Part shown: positions 21,017 through 31,663 of the stretch, piece by piece
Layout of the letters: each line of letters begins with the position of its first letter
How positions within the stretch are numbered: the stretch's first letter is position 1
IMG/VR virus record: IMGVR_UViG_3300028909_000017
Coordinates: 32,001 to 96,000 of that record
Length of the DNA: 64,000 nt
Origin: a virus
Direction: 5' to 3' (one strand)
Program-made: the position numbers and the translations under genes
Notes under the pieces: generated by a model
The model's input: the letters and a program-made list of their open reading frames with translations, nothing else
Database searches by the model: none
What the model was told of the DNA's origin: nothing

Positions 21017-22108
21017 TTAATCCTCTCGAAATGTTTCAGTTGATTTGGGTTCAATTAATTTCCAGATGGTATTAGATACATCTTTCCCATCTAACAAACC
21101 AAATAAAATTGCTGAATAATATTTGTGATCTGATTGCAAGAAATATCTAGCAATGTCCTTACGTGTAGAGAATACTGGCATACGATCAAAAATTCGTTGT
21201 GCATCCGTTAGAATTGTGTAGTAATCACCATCTAATTGAGAATTCCATTTTCGTAGCCAGGTTATAAATCCTGACGGCATTTTAGGATCGGTTAGCCAAG
21301 ATGAAATTTCATCATCCTTGCTCTCTTTTTTCAATTCCCAAATGCTACGGGGATTTAATCCAGTTAAAATTCTATGGAGCTCGCAATAATTTTCGAATTT
21401 TAACTTTACTTTAAGACCATTGTCGAAAGTTGCGACATACCCTTCTTGGTTGGGAATATTTTCACTCATGCAGGTATTCAATAATTTTTTATGATCTTGC
21501 ACAAGTTTAAGATTCATTGCTTGACAATAGGATTTTAAATCTGAACGAGATAATTCTTTACCGGTTGAATTATTAATTGCCCCGATAACAATTAGTCCCT
21601 CAAAATCATATTCAACAACAATACGATTTTCGGGATAAATTATTTCGGTTAAAAGAGTATATTCTTTTAATAAATCAAGTCGGGGATAATTTTTTTGTAA
21701 CCAATTAGTTGCCCACAATGATTGATCGCTCGCAAATGATCCACGTGTTGCAACATAATTTTGATCTTCCCATTTATATAAAATTCCCAGAGAACCATCC
21801 ATTTTTGTCGTAATCGAAGAAATATTAGTGGGTAGATTTTTTTCTAAAGTTTCAGGATGCCGATCATCATTAATGTTCCAAAATTTTGGAAACGGCCTAG
21901 CGATAATTTCCATTGTTTCAGTATTAAAAATTAACCCTCGGCAGATGTTCATTTCCTGACCCCAAACCAAATCTTTATCATATTGAGCGGTTGGGGTATA
22001 ATTTAAAATTGCGAGAGGGAATGAAGAATGAAATTTCCTCGAAATTTGGCGAGAATTTATCAATGATTCAAGTATATCGATATCTAAGATTTCATTTAAT
22101 TTCGTCAT
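21017..22108 (-). CDS. T4-type RNA ligase 1 (Rnl1/RnlA family)
   Basis: CRGLI, PF.KFWN, motif I KMDGS, EGYV, KLKFE.Y. Confidence 0.88.
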   Translation of the reverse strand: MTKLNEILDIDILESLINSRQISRKFHSSFPLAILNYTPTAQYDKDLVWGQEMNICRGLIFNTETMEIIARPFPKFWNINDDRHPETLEKNLPTNISSITTKMDGSLGILYKWEDQNYVATRGSFASDQSLWATNWLQKNYPRLDLLKEYTLLTEIIYPENRIVVEYDFEGLIVIGAINNSTGKELSRSDLKSYCQAMNLKLVQDHKKLLNTCMSENIPNQEGYVATFDNGLKVKLKFENYCELHRILTGLNPRSIWELKKESKDDEISSWLTDPKMPSGFITWLRKWNSQLDGDYYTILTDAQRIFDRMPVFSTRKDIARYFLQSDHKYYSAILFGLLDGKDVSNTIWKLIEPKSTETFRED

Positions 22109-22234
22109 ACATATCTTCCTTTTTACATCCGTCTATCATGATTATACAAATTAATCCCATCATTATATTTGCTAATGTTGTCATTATATTCCTCCCAACG
22201 ATTATTATATGATACGAAACAGTTAATGTCAAAT

Positions 22235-23199
22235 TCATTCTTCTAATTTTTTTATTAATTCTTTGCTTTGTTCGATTTTGAAAAGTTCTACTGCCTTTAA
22301 CCCCCAATTCGGATCTTCCAACCATTCAATCGGCAATTTAAATTCATATCCACGCAAATAATTAATAATTATATAACTACTGTAAAATTTAATATCTATA
22401 ACGCCTATAACATCCGAGCCTTTTAAACGACTCCATATGTAACCTAAAGTTTTAAATCGAAGTTCTTGCCACTCCATATAAATTTGTGAAGCCCGATCTT
22501 CTATTGATTTCTTTCTTAGAAGAAAAGATCGATATGAACCTATAGTTGTTAGCTTATTCTGATAATTTTTCGATGAGAGCATCATTTTGAATTTCCACTA
22601 GATAATTTTTTAGATTTAATTCCCAATTATTATCATTCAACCATTCAATAGGAATTGGAATTTCGTATGGAGTATTTCTATTAATCCAAACGTAACTTCC
22701 TATAATTATTGATGTTTTTACAGGCGTTATTTCATATGTAATTTCCTGCGCCCAACAAATTTTTCGAATTATTTCAAGATATATTTGCTGCCAACGAATA
22801 TATAATTGCTCGGCTTTACGCAAATCACGTTTATTTTTACGCCAAATACGTACATTAGAAATTAAGGTATCTAATATCATTCTGCTAGTTTTTAACAAAT
22901 AATCGTTTTCTTTCACGCTCAAATCGTTTACGAAGCCAATCTTTCCAATTTGGATCACTTAAACAATGTTGCGGTATTTTAAGGGCTCCTTCTTTTCGGG
23001 CGTTAATGTAAACTTCTTTTTCATTATAGGTTATTGTGCGAATTGGAAAAATTGTTTTTTGGCTGTAATATCCTTTTCCTAAACCATGACCAACTTCTTC
23101 AAAACTGATTTTTTGCCAATCATTATAAATGATTTTTGAAATTTCTTTAATAATTTTATCATTTACAACTGTTTCTTGATAAGTTTTATCAGATATCAT
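22235..23199 (-). repeat. Three tandem paralogous ORFs (IY..WQ ... IP...L.D.NW)
   Basis: 22235-22585, 22554-22880 and 22885-23199 share motifs; they end ELIKKLEE, ALIEKLSE and (with one added A) LFVKKLAE. Confidence 0.7.
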
Positions 23200-24311
23200 T
23201 AAGATAAATCCTCTTCGGATGATTTATATTTCTGATTAAGCCATTTTAAATATAGCGGAAATCCACGTTTAGCAACTCTGGGAATTTCTGGAGCAATAAC
23301 AATTCCTTCTTTAATATGTAACTGCTTTCCAGATACTGTTTCCATACCGCCACTTAATTTTTCAAATACAGCGGGATCGAACGGTCCTCGATATAAAATA
23401 GGTACCCAATGTTGATTAATAAAATCATGCCCAAAATATTTTTCAACTTCATCAACCGAAAGTTCTCGACCATCAATTCTTAGTCGAAATAATTTAATAG
23501 TTGGAGATGTTTTCCCATAAGAAAAATTCTTTTGACACGGAATAACTTCCCCAATTAATTGTACATCGTGTTTGAATAAATAAAAATTCTCGGATTCAAC
23601 CCATTGGCATTGTATAAAATCAATTAATTTAGAATTTTCAAGTGCCTGCCAATATAAATTCTTTTCAGACCTTTCGATAATTTGATCTCTTGAATTAAAT
23701 CCTTTGCTTGAAACACCAATTTCCCCAGTTTTAGAAAAATAGGCATTTATTTGACTTCCATTAATTTTTTCCGAAACTATAACTTGCTCTTGTTTTCCAG
23801 TTGTGAATTCATCGGAAAACAGGCGGAATTGCTCGACATCGTGATGTGCTGCGGATGGTTCGAACTTAATTGAATCAAGGGAATTAATACTTCCTGCCAT
23901 ATTATAAGGAATTTGCGGTTCATATTTGTAAATATTAAGTTTTTCTGATAAGTCAATATTTAGAGGAATGTCATTAACCGAATCCCATTCAGGAACATTT
24001 TTCAGTACCCAATCAATAGGAATAGTAATTCCCTCGGAAAGTTCACCACGTAATCGAACCGATTTAACTCGATTTTTATCCGAACCAGAAAGATAACTAA
24101 TGCCTGTTTGGGAATTTACATATTCACTCTTAAGCGAATCCGGAAGAATAGCTCGTTCGGGAGCAAAGACAACTACATCCCCATTTTCATACTGTCCTTT
24201 TCCGACAACAAGTTGATGCATTCCAATTCGTCCAATTTGCATACGATCTGCATTCGGATGATCTAATAATTCAATTTTTGATCCAATAATTTCCCAAATA
24301 GCCATTTTCAT
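23199..24311 (-). CDS. RNA ligase, DRB0094 (Rnl5) family
   Basis: N-terminal HPNADR...VRLRGELSEG module, motif I EKINGS, GE, EGIV. Confidence 0.85.
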   Translation of the reverse strand: MKMAIWEIIGSKIELLDHPNADRMQIGRIGMHQLVVGKGQYENGDVVVFAPERAILPDSLKSEYVNSQTGISYLSGSDKNRVKSVRLRGELSEGITIPIDWVLKNVPEWDSVNDIPLNIDLSEKLNIYKYEPQIPYNMAGSINSLDSIKFEPSAAHHDVEQFRLFSDEFTTGKQEQVIVSEKINGSQINAYFSKTGEIGVSSKGFNSRDQIIERSEKNLYWQALENSKLIDFIQCQWVESENFYLFKHDVQLIGEVIPCQKNFSYGKTSPTIKLFRLRIDGRELSVDEVEKYFGHDFINQHWVPILYRGPFDPAVFEKLSGGMETVSGKQLHIKEGIVIAPEIPRVAKRGFPLYLKWLNQKYKSSEEDLS

Positions 24312-24622
24312 TTACTCCATACTTAAATTTTAACATGCTTTATTTTTGATGAGGCAAAGTTGTATTGACTTTATTTAAGAACTCCAATGCGTCATTTTTA
24401 TCATTTGTGCAGTATGCATCTCCATCGAAATGCCAGGTCCAATGTGATTCAACACAAATTCGAGTTTTTCCGAAATCACCATATGTTTTAAGATAGTAGT
24501 AATCGATATTTTTTGGCTCAAAAAATATTGTTACTATAAAAATTAATGCAATGGCAATTAACAAAAAATAGAATAATTTTTCAGTATCACTCCATTTCCA
24601 ATTTTTAAACATTTATATCTCC

Positions 24623-25558
24623 TTAAAAATTTCCAATAGCTCCGCAAAATTCACAGGTTTTCTTTTGATCAATTCCTACATTTGGACAATTTAATGAATG
24701 ATGTGGAGTTCCTCTTACTGGAATACACATCAATCCATTTTTCCTCCAGCAATCAGCAATAACGCGATTTCGGTCGTCAATTGTAAATTTAATTTGATCT
24801 TTTGGAACCATACCCAGTAATTCATTAAGAATCTCTTCTTTGATAATAAAATCGGATCGATTGTCCCAACCGTGCCTCATGAAAATATGATGAAAAGGAA
24901 TATTGTTCCGATTCATCCAATTTATTGTGGAATCACCACAGGTCGAATGTCTGCCAGAAACAAAGAAAATTGTATGATCTTCATAAAGACTTTGCACCCA
25001 TTTAACAATTACTGGATAAATTTTATCTTTTCCAACATGCAATTCATCATAAGGACTACGAATTCCATCTGAATTAGAAACTGTTCCATCAATATCGACC
25101 AAAATAATTGGTCTATTAATATCAAATGGTAATCTTTTACTCAGTAAAAATTGACGGGAGATTACTGCTCGCCCGACGTGTGATTTTCCAACCCGAATAT
25201 TATCGTTACGAACACAATCATCGAAACTTGTAGTCATGCGATGAATTCGAAAATTTACATTGTTACCAGCAAAATTTTCCCACGTTTTAACCGTATTTGG
25301 ATTTAGATGTGTATTATCTAATAGAATTGACTTGCCCTCTTTAAGGGCATCCGCCGCTCTAGATCTTTCAACTTGCGCAACGAATCTTTCGAATTTAAAA
25401 CCTGATGGGGCAGTTGGATCATTAACTAATTCGGTTCTTAAATCATCTCGATTTAATCGAATATAATTTGAATTTTTATTGACAAAATCTTTGGCGAATG
25501 TAGATTTTCCACTGCCTGATTCACCAATTAAAAGTAAAATTTCTTGACTGTTTAACAT
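24623..25558 (-). CDS. pseT: Polynucleotide 5'-kinase/3'-phosphatase (T4 PseT-like)
   Basis: GESGSGKST, NRDDLR, then HAD DIDGT, SGR and IDDR. Confidence 0.88.
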   Translation of the reverse strand: MLNSQEILLLIGESGSGKSTFAKDFVNKNSNYIRLNRDDLRTELVNDPTAPSGFKFERFVAQVERSRAADALKEGKSILLDNTHLNPNTVKTWENFAGNNVNFRIHRMTTSFDDCVRNDNIRVGKSHVGRAVISRQFLLSKRLPFDINRPIILVDIDGTVSNSDGIRSPYDELHVGKDKIYPVIVKWVQSLYEDHTIFFVSGRHSTCGDSTINWMNRNNIPFHHIFMRHGWDNRSDFIIKEEILNELLGMVPKDQIKFTIDDRNRVIADCWRKNGLMCIPVRGTPHHSLNCPNVGIDQKKTCEFCGAIGNF

Positions 25559-25570
25559 ACCGATTCCTTG

Positions 25571-26251
25571 TTAGAAAAAAATATTCAATTTTTGAAAAAA
25601 TGAAGTTATTCCAAAAAATTTTGGTGATAATAATTGCTGTTGTACCGCAGTAATGTCCGACAGAATTTTAATACTTTCCGTCTGAGGTAATTTTGAAAAC
25701 ATAATTTTCCCTAATTTGCGAGAATTATGCAATCTAACTCCTGAAGACAATGTAAGCCAAAGTAATGTTTTCATTACTGCATTGCTATCATACAGATTTT
25801 TACGGATTTGAATTCTTTCCTCTTCATTCATTAAATGAAGTCTAGAAAAATCAATAACGTCGCCCTTGTCTCTGTTGCATGTTGCACACATCGTTTGTAA
25901 ATTGCCAAGATTTGTCGGCCCACCCAAAGATTTTGGAAAAATATGATCTTGCGTTAGAAGAACCAATGATCCGTTATCATTTCTTCCATAAATATTGAAA
26001 TGATAACTTTTTGGATTATTTTTAAGGTCATTTTGAAAGGCTTCTAGTCTCGCAATTGTACCGACAATTCCACATGAAACACAAACCGGGCTGCGAGTAA
26101 TGCAGCGTAATCGAGTAGAATTAATATTTGGAAGATAAACCTTATCTCCTACCTGTATTTCAATTGGCGGCATTGATCCAATAAGATGTGGTCTAATGTG
26201 TTCAAAAATTTTATCAGCCGACATTTCAACTGCAACAGAAACATATTGCAT
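25571..26251 (-). CDS. HNH endonuclease-domain protein
   Basis: CVSC...TQDHIFPKSLGG...NLQTMCATCN. Confidence 0.8.
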   Translation of the reverse strand: MQYVSVAVEMSADKIFEHIRPHLIGSMPPIEIQVGDKVYLPNINSTRLRCITRSPVCVSCGIVGTIARLEAFQNDLKNNPKSYHFNIYGRNDNGSLVLLTQDHIFPKSLGGPTNLGNLQTMCATCNRDKGDVIDFSRLHLMNEEERIQIRKNLYDSNAVMKTLLWLTLSSGVRLHNSRKLGKIMFSKLPQTESIKILSDITAVQQQLLSPKFFGITSFFQKLNIFF

Positions 26252-26268
26252 TAATTAAGACCTTTCTA

Positions 26269-26968
26269 CTATGAAATAACATCATTATAACGATAATGAT
26301 ATACTCTTTTTAATTGAGTTATTTTACCAATACTTTTTTCAGCAATTCCGGTTATATTATATATTTTTCCAACCTCATATTTCTGATCACTAAAAAAGAA
26401 AATAATGGAATAGGTTAAGTCAGGATAGGTAATAATTGCATTGGTTGCCCATGTTCCGAACCGGGCCTTGTAAATGCAATCAACAACATGAATTTGAAAT
26501 TCTTTTCCCCTTGCAAGATAATGGAACGCTATTTGAAATAAGGTCATCGAGATGCCGTCGTTGTTCCATTCGTTCATTATGTGTTTTATGTGATTCCGGA
26601 AGAGAAGCAATTAGTGGCAAGTCACCACCATTAATATCAATATTTTCAAGAGATGCAACTTTAACCGCAGCTTTGACAAAATTATTTGCATCGTCGGAAA
26701 AAACAAATCGAATCATTGCCCCGTAATCTTCTCGAATAGCTTTTCCTTGAGCGTAATCGTCTGATGTAATATCTGTTTGATCGCCATTGAGCAAAATTCT
26801 CATAATAGCAACATTAGTTAATTTACTTGACTGGGTTTTAATAGGGCTACGCAAGAAAGTGGAAACTATACTTCGTTTTACATATTCACCATTAATTCTT
26901 TGGGCAGCCGCTGCCGCTGCCCAAACCTGACTCGCCGGGAAAAATTTTTCAGTCATCATAATCTCCAT
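26269..26968 (-). CDS. Hypothetical protein split by a frameshift near 26500
   Basis: Overlapping ORFs 26480-26968 and 26269-26610 join at an A-run (CKGK/EFQIHV). Confidence 0.5.
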
Positions 26969-27555
26969 TCTGTTGTGGTTTGCACAGTTCTTTCCCGGTG
27001 GTTTAATTGAAAAATCTGTTTAGGTGATAATCAAAACAACATCGTTATCGGGATCCTTGACATTCAACACGCCATCAGGACGATAATGAAAATGCATGCC
27101 TTGCCCATGTAGAGCATGAGCCTTAGCAACAGTAATCTTTGTTTCGGTGCGTTTCGAATCACCGTTATCTACTACTTCGATGTAATCAGACTTCCTTGCC
27201 ATTTTTGATTCCTTTCAATTAATGGGTAATTGTTGTGATGCGGTAATTAACCCTACTTTTCCATCTTGTCCAAAATAAATTCATATATTCGACAGATTAA
27301 TAATATTGCTATCAAAAATCCAATGGATTTGGCGAACGTAAAAATTTCAAACATATTATTCCTCTACTTTCAAATACAATTTTAACAGGGTTACAATTGA
27401 ATGTCAACTACAACTTCGGAACCGTGCGCAAATAGTCAATAACCTGTGTAAATGCAGTTGCTTGCCCTTGTCCGTAATCATCACTCAGATCCTTATTTTT
27501 CTCAATGACCTCAGTAGTAAGCCATACGATAAATTCATCTAGTTGTTCCTTCGAC

Positions 27556-27614
27556 ATATCTGATCTCCTCACTGAAATAATTATAGCAAAGTTCGGTTTT
27601 AATGTCAACCGAAA
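27556..27614 (-). promoter_or_regulatory. Early promoter + RBS cassette (copy F)
   Basis: Essentially identical to 28117-28173. Confidence 0.75.
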
Positions 27615-28118
27615 TTAATCAACTAATTTAACATACAGTTGCACATTAATTGTTGGATTCCTGATAAAGTCAATTGACGAGCCATCTTGTTGAACTGCGG
27701 CCAATTGGACTTGTTCAGATGGATTTTCGATATTTTGAATTACCCACCCATCTTGTTGAACTGCGGCCAATTGTACTTGCTCAGATGGATTTTCGATATT
27801 TTGAATTACCCACCCATCTTGTTGAACTGCGGTCAATTGGACTTGCTCAGATGGGTTTATAATATGTTGAATTGCATAGCCATTTTCGTGAACTGCGGTC
27901 AATTGGACTTGCTCAGATGGGTTTATAATATGTTGAATTGCATAGCCATTTTCGTGAACTGCGACCAATTGCAGTTGTTCAGATGGGTTTTTAATATATC
28001 GAATTGCATAGCCATTTTGCTGAACTGCGACCAATTGTAGTTGTTCAGATGGGTTTTTAATATATCGAATTGCATAGCCATTTTCCTGAACTGCCGCCAA
28101 TTGTTCCAATTCATTCAT
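27615..28118 (-). CDS. 22-aa tandem repeat protein (DUF4116-like)
   Basis: Seven 66-bp repeats encoding Q.QL.AV..(N/D)G..I..I.NPSE. Confidence 0.8.
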   Translation of the reverse strand: MNELEQLAAVQENGYAIRYIKNPSEQLQLVAVQQNGYAIRYIKNPSEQLQLVAVHENGYAIQHIINPSEQVQLTAVHENGYAIQHIINPSEQVQLTAVQQDGWVIQNIENPSEQVQLAAVQQDGWVIQNIENPSEQVQLAAVQQDGSSIDFIRNPTINVQLYVKLVD

Positions 28119-28210
28119 CTGATCTCCTCACTGAAATAATTATAGCAAAGTTCGGTTTTAATGTCAACCGAAATAGTTAAAATAATTAATGTTGAAAACA
28201 AAGGACTTGA
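28116..28210 (-). promoter_or_regulatory. Early promoter + RBS cassette (copy G)
   Basis: TTGACA/TGCTATAAT/GAGGAG plus upstream GTTGAAAACAAAGGACTT site. Confidence 0.75.
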
Positions 28211-28331
28211 TTTTCTCTTTAAGATGGTGGTGAATTTTCATGTACATTTGCTCGTATTTTGCCCTTAAGAGTCAAAAAGGGCCATTTTAACAAAAATGGC
28301 CCTTTTAAATCAACAACTTAAAATGTATGTT

Positions 28332-28580
28332 TTAGCGTACAAGAGATGCTCGTGACCCATACACGTCACGAGAACTTACCGCGTACTTTGTTCGACCATC
28401 AACAGTCTTTTGATCGGTACGAACAACAAGACCATAATTACGCAACTCTGAAATTCGAGCACGTAGATTATGAATATTATATAGTGTCTTTGCCTGTTCA
28501 GAAGTCAATGTACGTCCTGTTCCGCGCAGAAAATTATGCAGGAAAGAATTTTGTGAAACTGTAAGATTAGTAAAAGCCAT
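28332..28580 (-). CDS. Small winged helix-turn-helix protein
   Basis: LT..QA..LYNI.NLRARISELR..G pattern. Confidence 0.65.
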   Translation of the reverse strand: MAFTNLTVSQNSFLHNFLRGTGRTLTSEQAKTLYNIHNLRARISELRNYGLVVRTDQKTVDGRTKYAVSSRDVYGSRASLVR

Positions 28581-28779
28581 GTGTATTCTCCTTATATCTC
28601 AGAAATAAATAGCGTCAGAGGTGAGATATGAATGTAATTGTTATTGTTATTGTGGTTACGTTGATGATTATCTATGTATTAAGTGCGCAATCACCAGCAA
28701 AGAAAAAAGATATGATCGAACTCAAGAAATCTGCAAATAAAGCAGCCGATAAATTAGCGAAAGATGAAGATTCTAAAAA

Positions 28780-29091
28780 TTAGGATTCTTTGACTTCTAC
28801 TTTTAATGGATACCCATTACATTGAGCTTCTATTAATACAAGTGAAGATAAATGGGTTGCCAATTCTTTGGTTAAGCCACTTGCCGCGACTCCTGATCCA
28901 GTTAAATCAATTTTTTCCGTTAATTCCACGGCATCATCAATTGTATAATTGAAAATTTGTATTAACGTTTCCGCAACAAAATTTGACGGTGTTTTTTCAT
29001 CATTCAAATATATAATAGAATAGAGTAACGGAGGATTAATAGAATTATTTACTTTAATTTTTGTTTCAACATCTGCAATTGCTTCAGCCAT
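28780..29091 (-). CDS. clpS: ClpS adaptor-like protein
   Basis: P.LY.II.LNDE.TP..FV..., G.GVA, YPLKV. Confidence 0.85.
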   Translation of the reverse strand: MAEAIADVETKIKVNNSINPPLLYSIIYLNDEKTPSNFVAETLIQIFNYTIDDAVELTEKIDLTGSGVAASGLTKELATHLSSLVLIEAQCNGYPLKVEVKES

Positions 29092-29147
29092 AAATATCCC
29101 TTCTGTTGGGGTGGTAGATCAATTTACCACCCCTATTTAAAATTACT

Positions 29148-29588
29148 TTACTTGGTTGTAATGCTAATTTTTTGATTTTTCAAATGATCAGGCAATTTGT
29201 ATTCCAACTTAATACTCAAAATTCCATTTTGAAATTCTGCATTGGTTACAAATACATATTGATTTAATTTGAATTGTAAAAAGAATTCTCGGCGACCGAT
29301 TCCTCGATGAATAAATTCACGGGTATCGGTTGGTTTTTCCGAATTCTTAATACTTTCAATAGTTAGCAATCCATTTTCAGTTGAAATTGAAATATCTTTT
29401 GAATCAAAACCAGCAACCGCCAGTTCAACCAAATAATGTTCTTTATCAACGAGGATTAGATTAAACGGAGGGTAATTGCTTTCCGGCAAATGAAGGTCGG
29501 AAAATTCATCAGCGAATTTATCAAGTCCAATGAATAGTTTACGGAAGGTTGAATCAGAAAACGCAGGTGGAAGTAATAGTGTAGTCAT
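29148..29588 (-). CDS. Small heat shock protein (Hsp20/IbpA family)
   Basis: NYPPFNL, VELAVAGF, HRGIG.R.F, A.F.NGIL.I. Confidence 0.9.
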   Translation of the reverse strand: MTTLLLPPAFSDSTFRKLFIGLDKFADEFSDLHLPESNYPPFNLILVDKEHYLVELAVAGFDSKDISISTENGLLTIESIKNSEKPTDTREFIHRGIGRREFFLQFKLNQYVFVTNAEFQNGILSIKLEYKLPDHLKNQKISITTK

Positions 29589-29596
29589 TTGTTTTT

Positions 29597-29613
29597 CTCC
29601 TATGTACAGCGAG
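29597..29613 (-). promoter_or_regulatory. ROSE-like RNA thermometer hairpin over the hsp20 RBS
   Basis: CTCGCT-gtacat-AGGAG: U(U/C)GCU anti-SD paired to the SD upstream of a small HSP. Confidence 0.55.
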
Positions 29614-29686
29614 TTTTAATTTTTGCTAGCCCTATCGGCACTAACAAACTTATTTATACTAATTATAATTTGTTTTTAAGTGTAAG

Positions 29687-30907
29687 TCAAGATTTTTTTG
29701 CAGCAGAATATAATTCTATCGATGGAATTTCACCGGATAATGTATTGGAATCAAAAATCATTTTGGAAATATTACGTGATTTATATTCAGATAGCAAATA
29801 TAAATGTTCCATCATAACAGATTCACATAATGTTCTTAAACCACGCACACCGGTTTTTTCTTTTTTGGATTTTTCAGCAACGGATTGTATAAATTCCGAG
29901 GTGAATTCTAAATCGATATTATCTATTTTAAAATAGAACTTGGTTTCATTCAATATACTATTATCTAATGTTGTTAGAATTTTTATTAATTCATCTACCG
30001 TTAACTCATTGGTATGCGTTTTAATAGGAAATCGACCAATAAATTCGGGAATTATCCCATATTCAATAAAATCATCGGACGAATATTCATTCACAACTTT
30101 TAATTTGGGTTGATTATTAAATCCAATACTCTTTTTTTGTTTTTCTTTAAGAGTAATAACATCTTTCATTCCAGAAAATGCTCCACCGGCAATGAAAAGT
30201 ATATTTGTTGTGTCGATTTCAACTGTCTGGGGAATTAATGATCTTTTAGATTCAGAACTTACAGGAATTCTTATTTTTGATCCTTCTACCATTTTTAATA
30301 ATGCAGATTGAATGCCGGCCACTTTGTTTTCGCCTGAACTGACTCTTCCGTGACCAATAGAAATTTTATCAATTTCATCTAAAAATACAATTCCATGTTC
30401 GACCGCATCAATATCACCATTCGCTTCTAAAACTAATCTGGAAATAATACTATCGACATTTTCACCAATGTATCCAGCTTCAGTTAATGTGGTTGCATCA
30501 ACGGTGATAAAAGGAACATTTAAAAATTTTGCAACCGTTCCGACTAATAAACTTTTTCCACTTCCACTCGGTCCAGTAATAATTAGATTACTTTTTTCGA
30601 TTTTTGCATCTGAATCATACAACATTCTTTTATAATGATTTGCAATAACAACACTAAGAGTTATTTTTGCTTCATTTTGTCCGACAATATATTTGTCCAA
30701 AAATTCACGAATTAGGATGGGATTTAAATGATCATTATTTATTTTTTCGGGTTTGTTTGTATCAGATTGATGTGTTGCTTTTGTTAATAGTTCGCTAAAT
30801 TTTGAAATACATTTGTCACAAATTAAATTTTCACCAATGCCGATTAATTTCGCACTTTCTGATCTAGTTTTATGGCAAAAATTACACTTGACATTATTAG
30901 TAGCCAA
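29687..30907 (-). CDS. clpX: ATP-dependent Clp protease ATP-binding subunit ClpX
   Basis: C4 zinc finger, KSN...GPSGSGKS, DATTLTEAGY.G, LDEIDK, PEFIGRFP, TG.RGLR. Confidence 0.93.
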   Translation of the reverse strand: MATNNVKCNFCHKTRSESAKLIGIGENLICDKCISKFSELLTKATHQSDTNKPEKINNDHLNPILIREFLDKYIVGQNEAKITLSVVIANHYKRMLYDSDAKIEKSNLIITGPSGSGKSLLVGTVAKFLNVPFITVDATTLTEAGYIGENVDSIISRLVLEANGDIDAVEHGIVFLDEIDKISIGHGRVSSGENKVAGIQSALLKMVEGSKIRIPVSSESKRSLIPQTVEIDTTNILFIAGGAFSGMKDVITLKEKQKKSIGFNNQPKLKVVNEYSSDDFIEYGIIPEFIGRFPIKTHTNELTVDELIKILTTLDNSILNETKFYFKIDNIDLEFTSEFIQSVAEKSKKEKTGVRGLRTLCESVMMEHLYLLSEYKSRNISKMIFDSNTLSGEIPSIELYSAAKKS

Positions 30908-31194
30908 TTAATTCTCCGGTTATAATTATATTTTAGAATACAAAAAAATATTTTTTAAATGGGAATCCGTTCCGTTTGTGGGCAATATACAACCATATCG
31001 ATGCAACTACAATCAATAAGCACAATAATAAAATATAATGGTCTGTTATTTCACACAGGAAGGTTAATGATAAAAATAGTATTAACGGTAGTTGTTTAAG
31101 TAATGAAAAAATCATGGTTGAAGATCTCGATAAGGGTATTATTTAACTCATATGTTTCATATACATATTTATCCCTTATGTTAAAAATTCAGAA

Positions 31195-31662
31195 TTAAGA
31201 AATTGGCCGAAAATATTCTTCCCAGGTATAGTTACATAATTTTTTGAATTGATCGATTTTCATAAATTCACTATATAAACCAGAATCACAACATATTAAA
31301 ATACCAATACATTTTGCTTTGGGAGAGAATTTTTTAATAGAGGTAATTATTTCACATACAGTTTTACCTGAATCAATAAAATCATCCACAATAATATATT
31401 TTTTAGATTTTGAAAATCCTTCAACATCTTTGAGGCTATGAGAACCTGCGTTCTTTTTTCGTACCATAATCATGTTTTTATTTAATCGTAGGGCCATACT
31501 TGGTCCCAAAATAGTCCCACTCATTCCGCGGAAAGCAACACTATCATACGATAAATTAACAACACATTTTTTTGCTCGAATTAAAACCTTTCGAAGTGAA
31601 CCAGGATCTAATAATGCATCTAAATAAGAAGATTCAATATTGTCATTATCTAATCTTTTCAT
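31195..31662 (-). CDS. Type I phosphoribosyltransferase-fold protein
   Basis: VRK and IIVDDFIDSGKT PRPP-binding motif. Confidence 0.8.
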   Translation of the reverse strand: MKRLDNDNIESSYLDALLDPGSLRKVLIRAKKCVVNLSYDSVAFRGMSGTILGPSMALRLNKNMIMVRKKNAGSHSLKDVEGFSKSKKYIIVDDFIDSGKTVCEIITSIKKFSPKAKCIGILICCDSGLYSEFMKIDQFKKLCNYTWEEYFRPIS

Positions 31663-31663
31663 T

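Noticed and set aside
27615-28118. CRISPR array
   Set aside because: 66-bp in-frame coding repeats with no unique spacers
641-28210. CRISPR or integron attC repeats
   Set aside because: The repeats are dispersed and consist of -35/-10/RBS elements; no cas or integrase gene in the window
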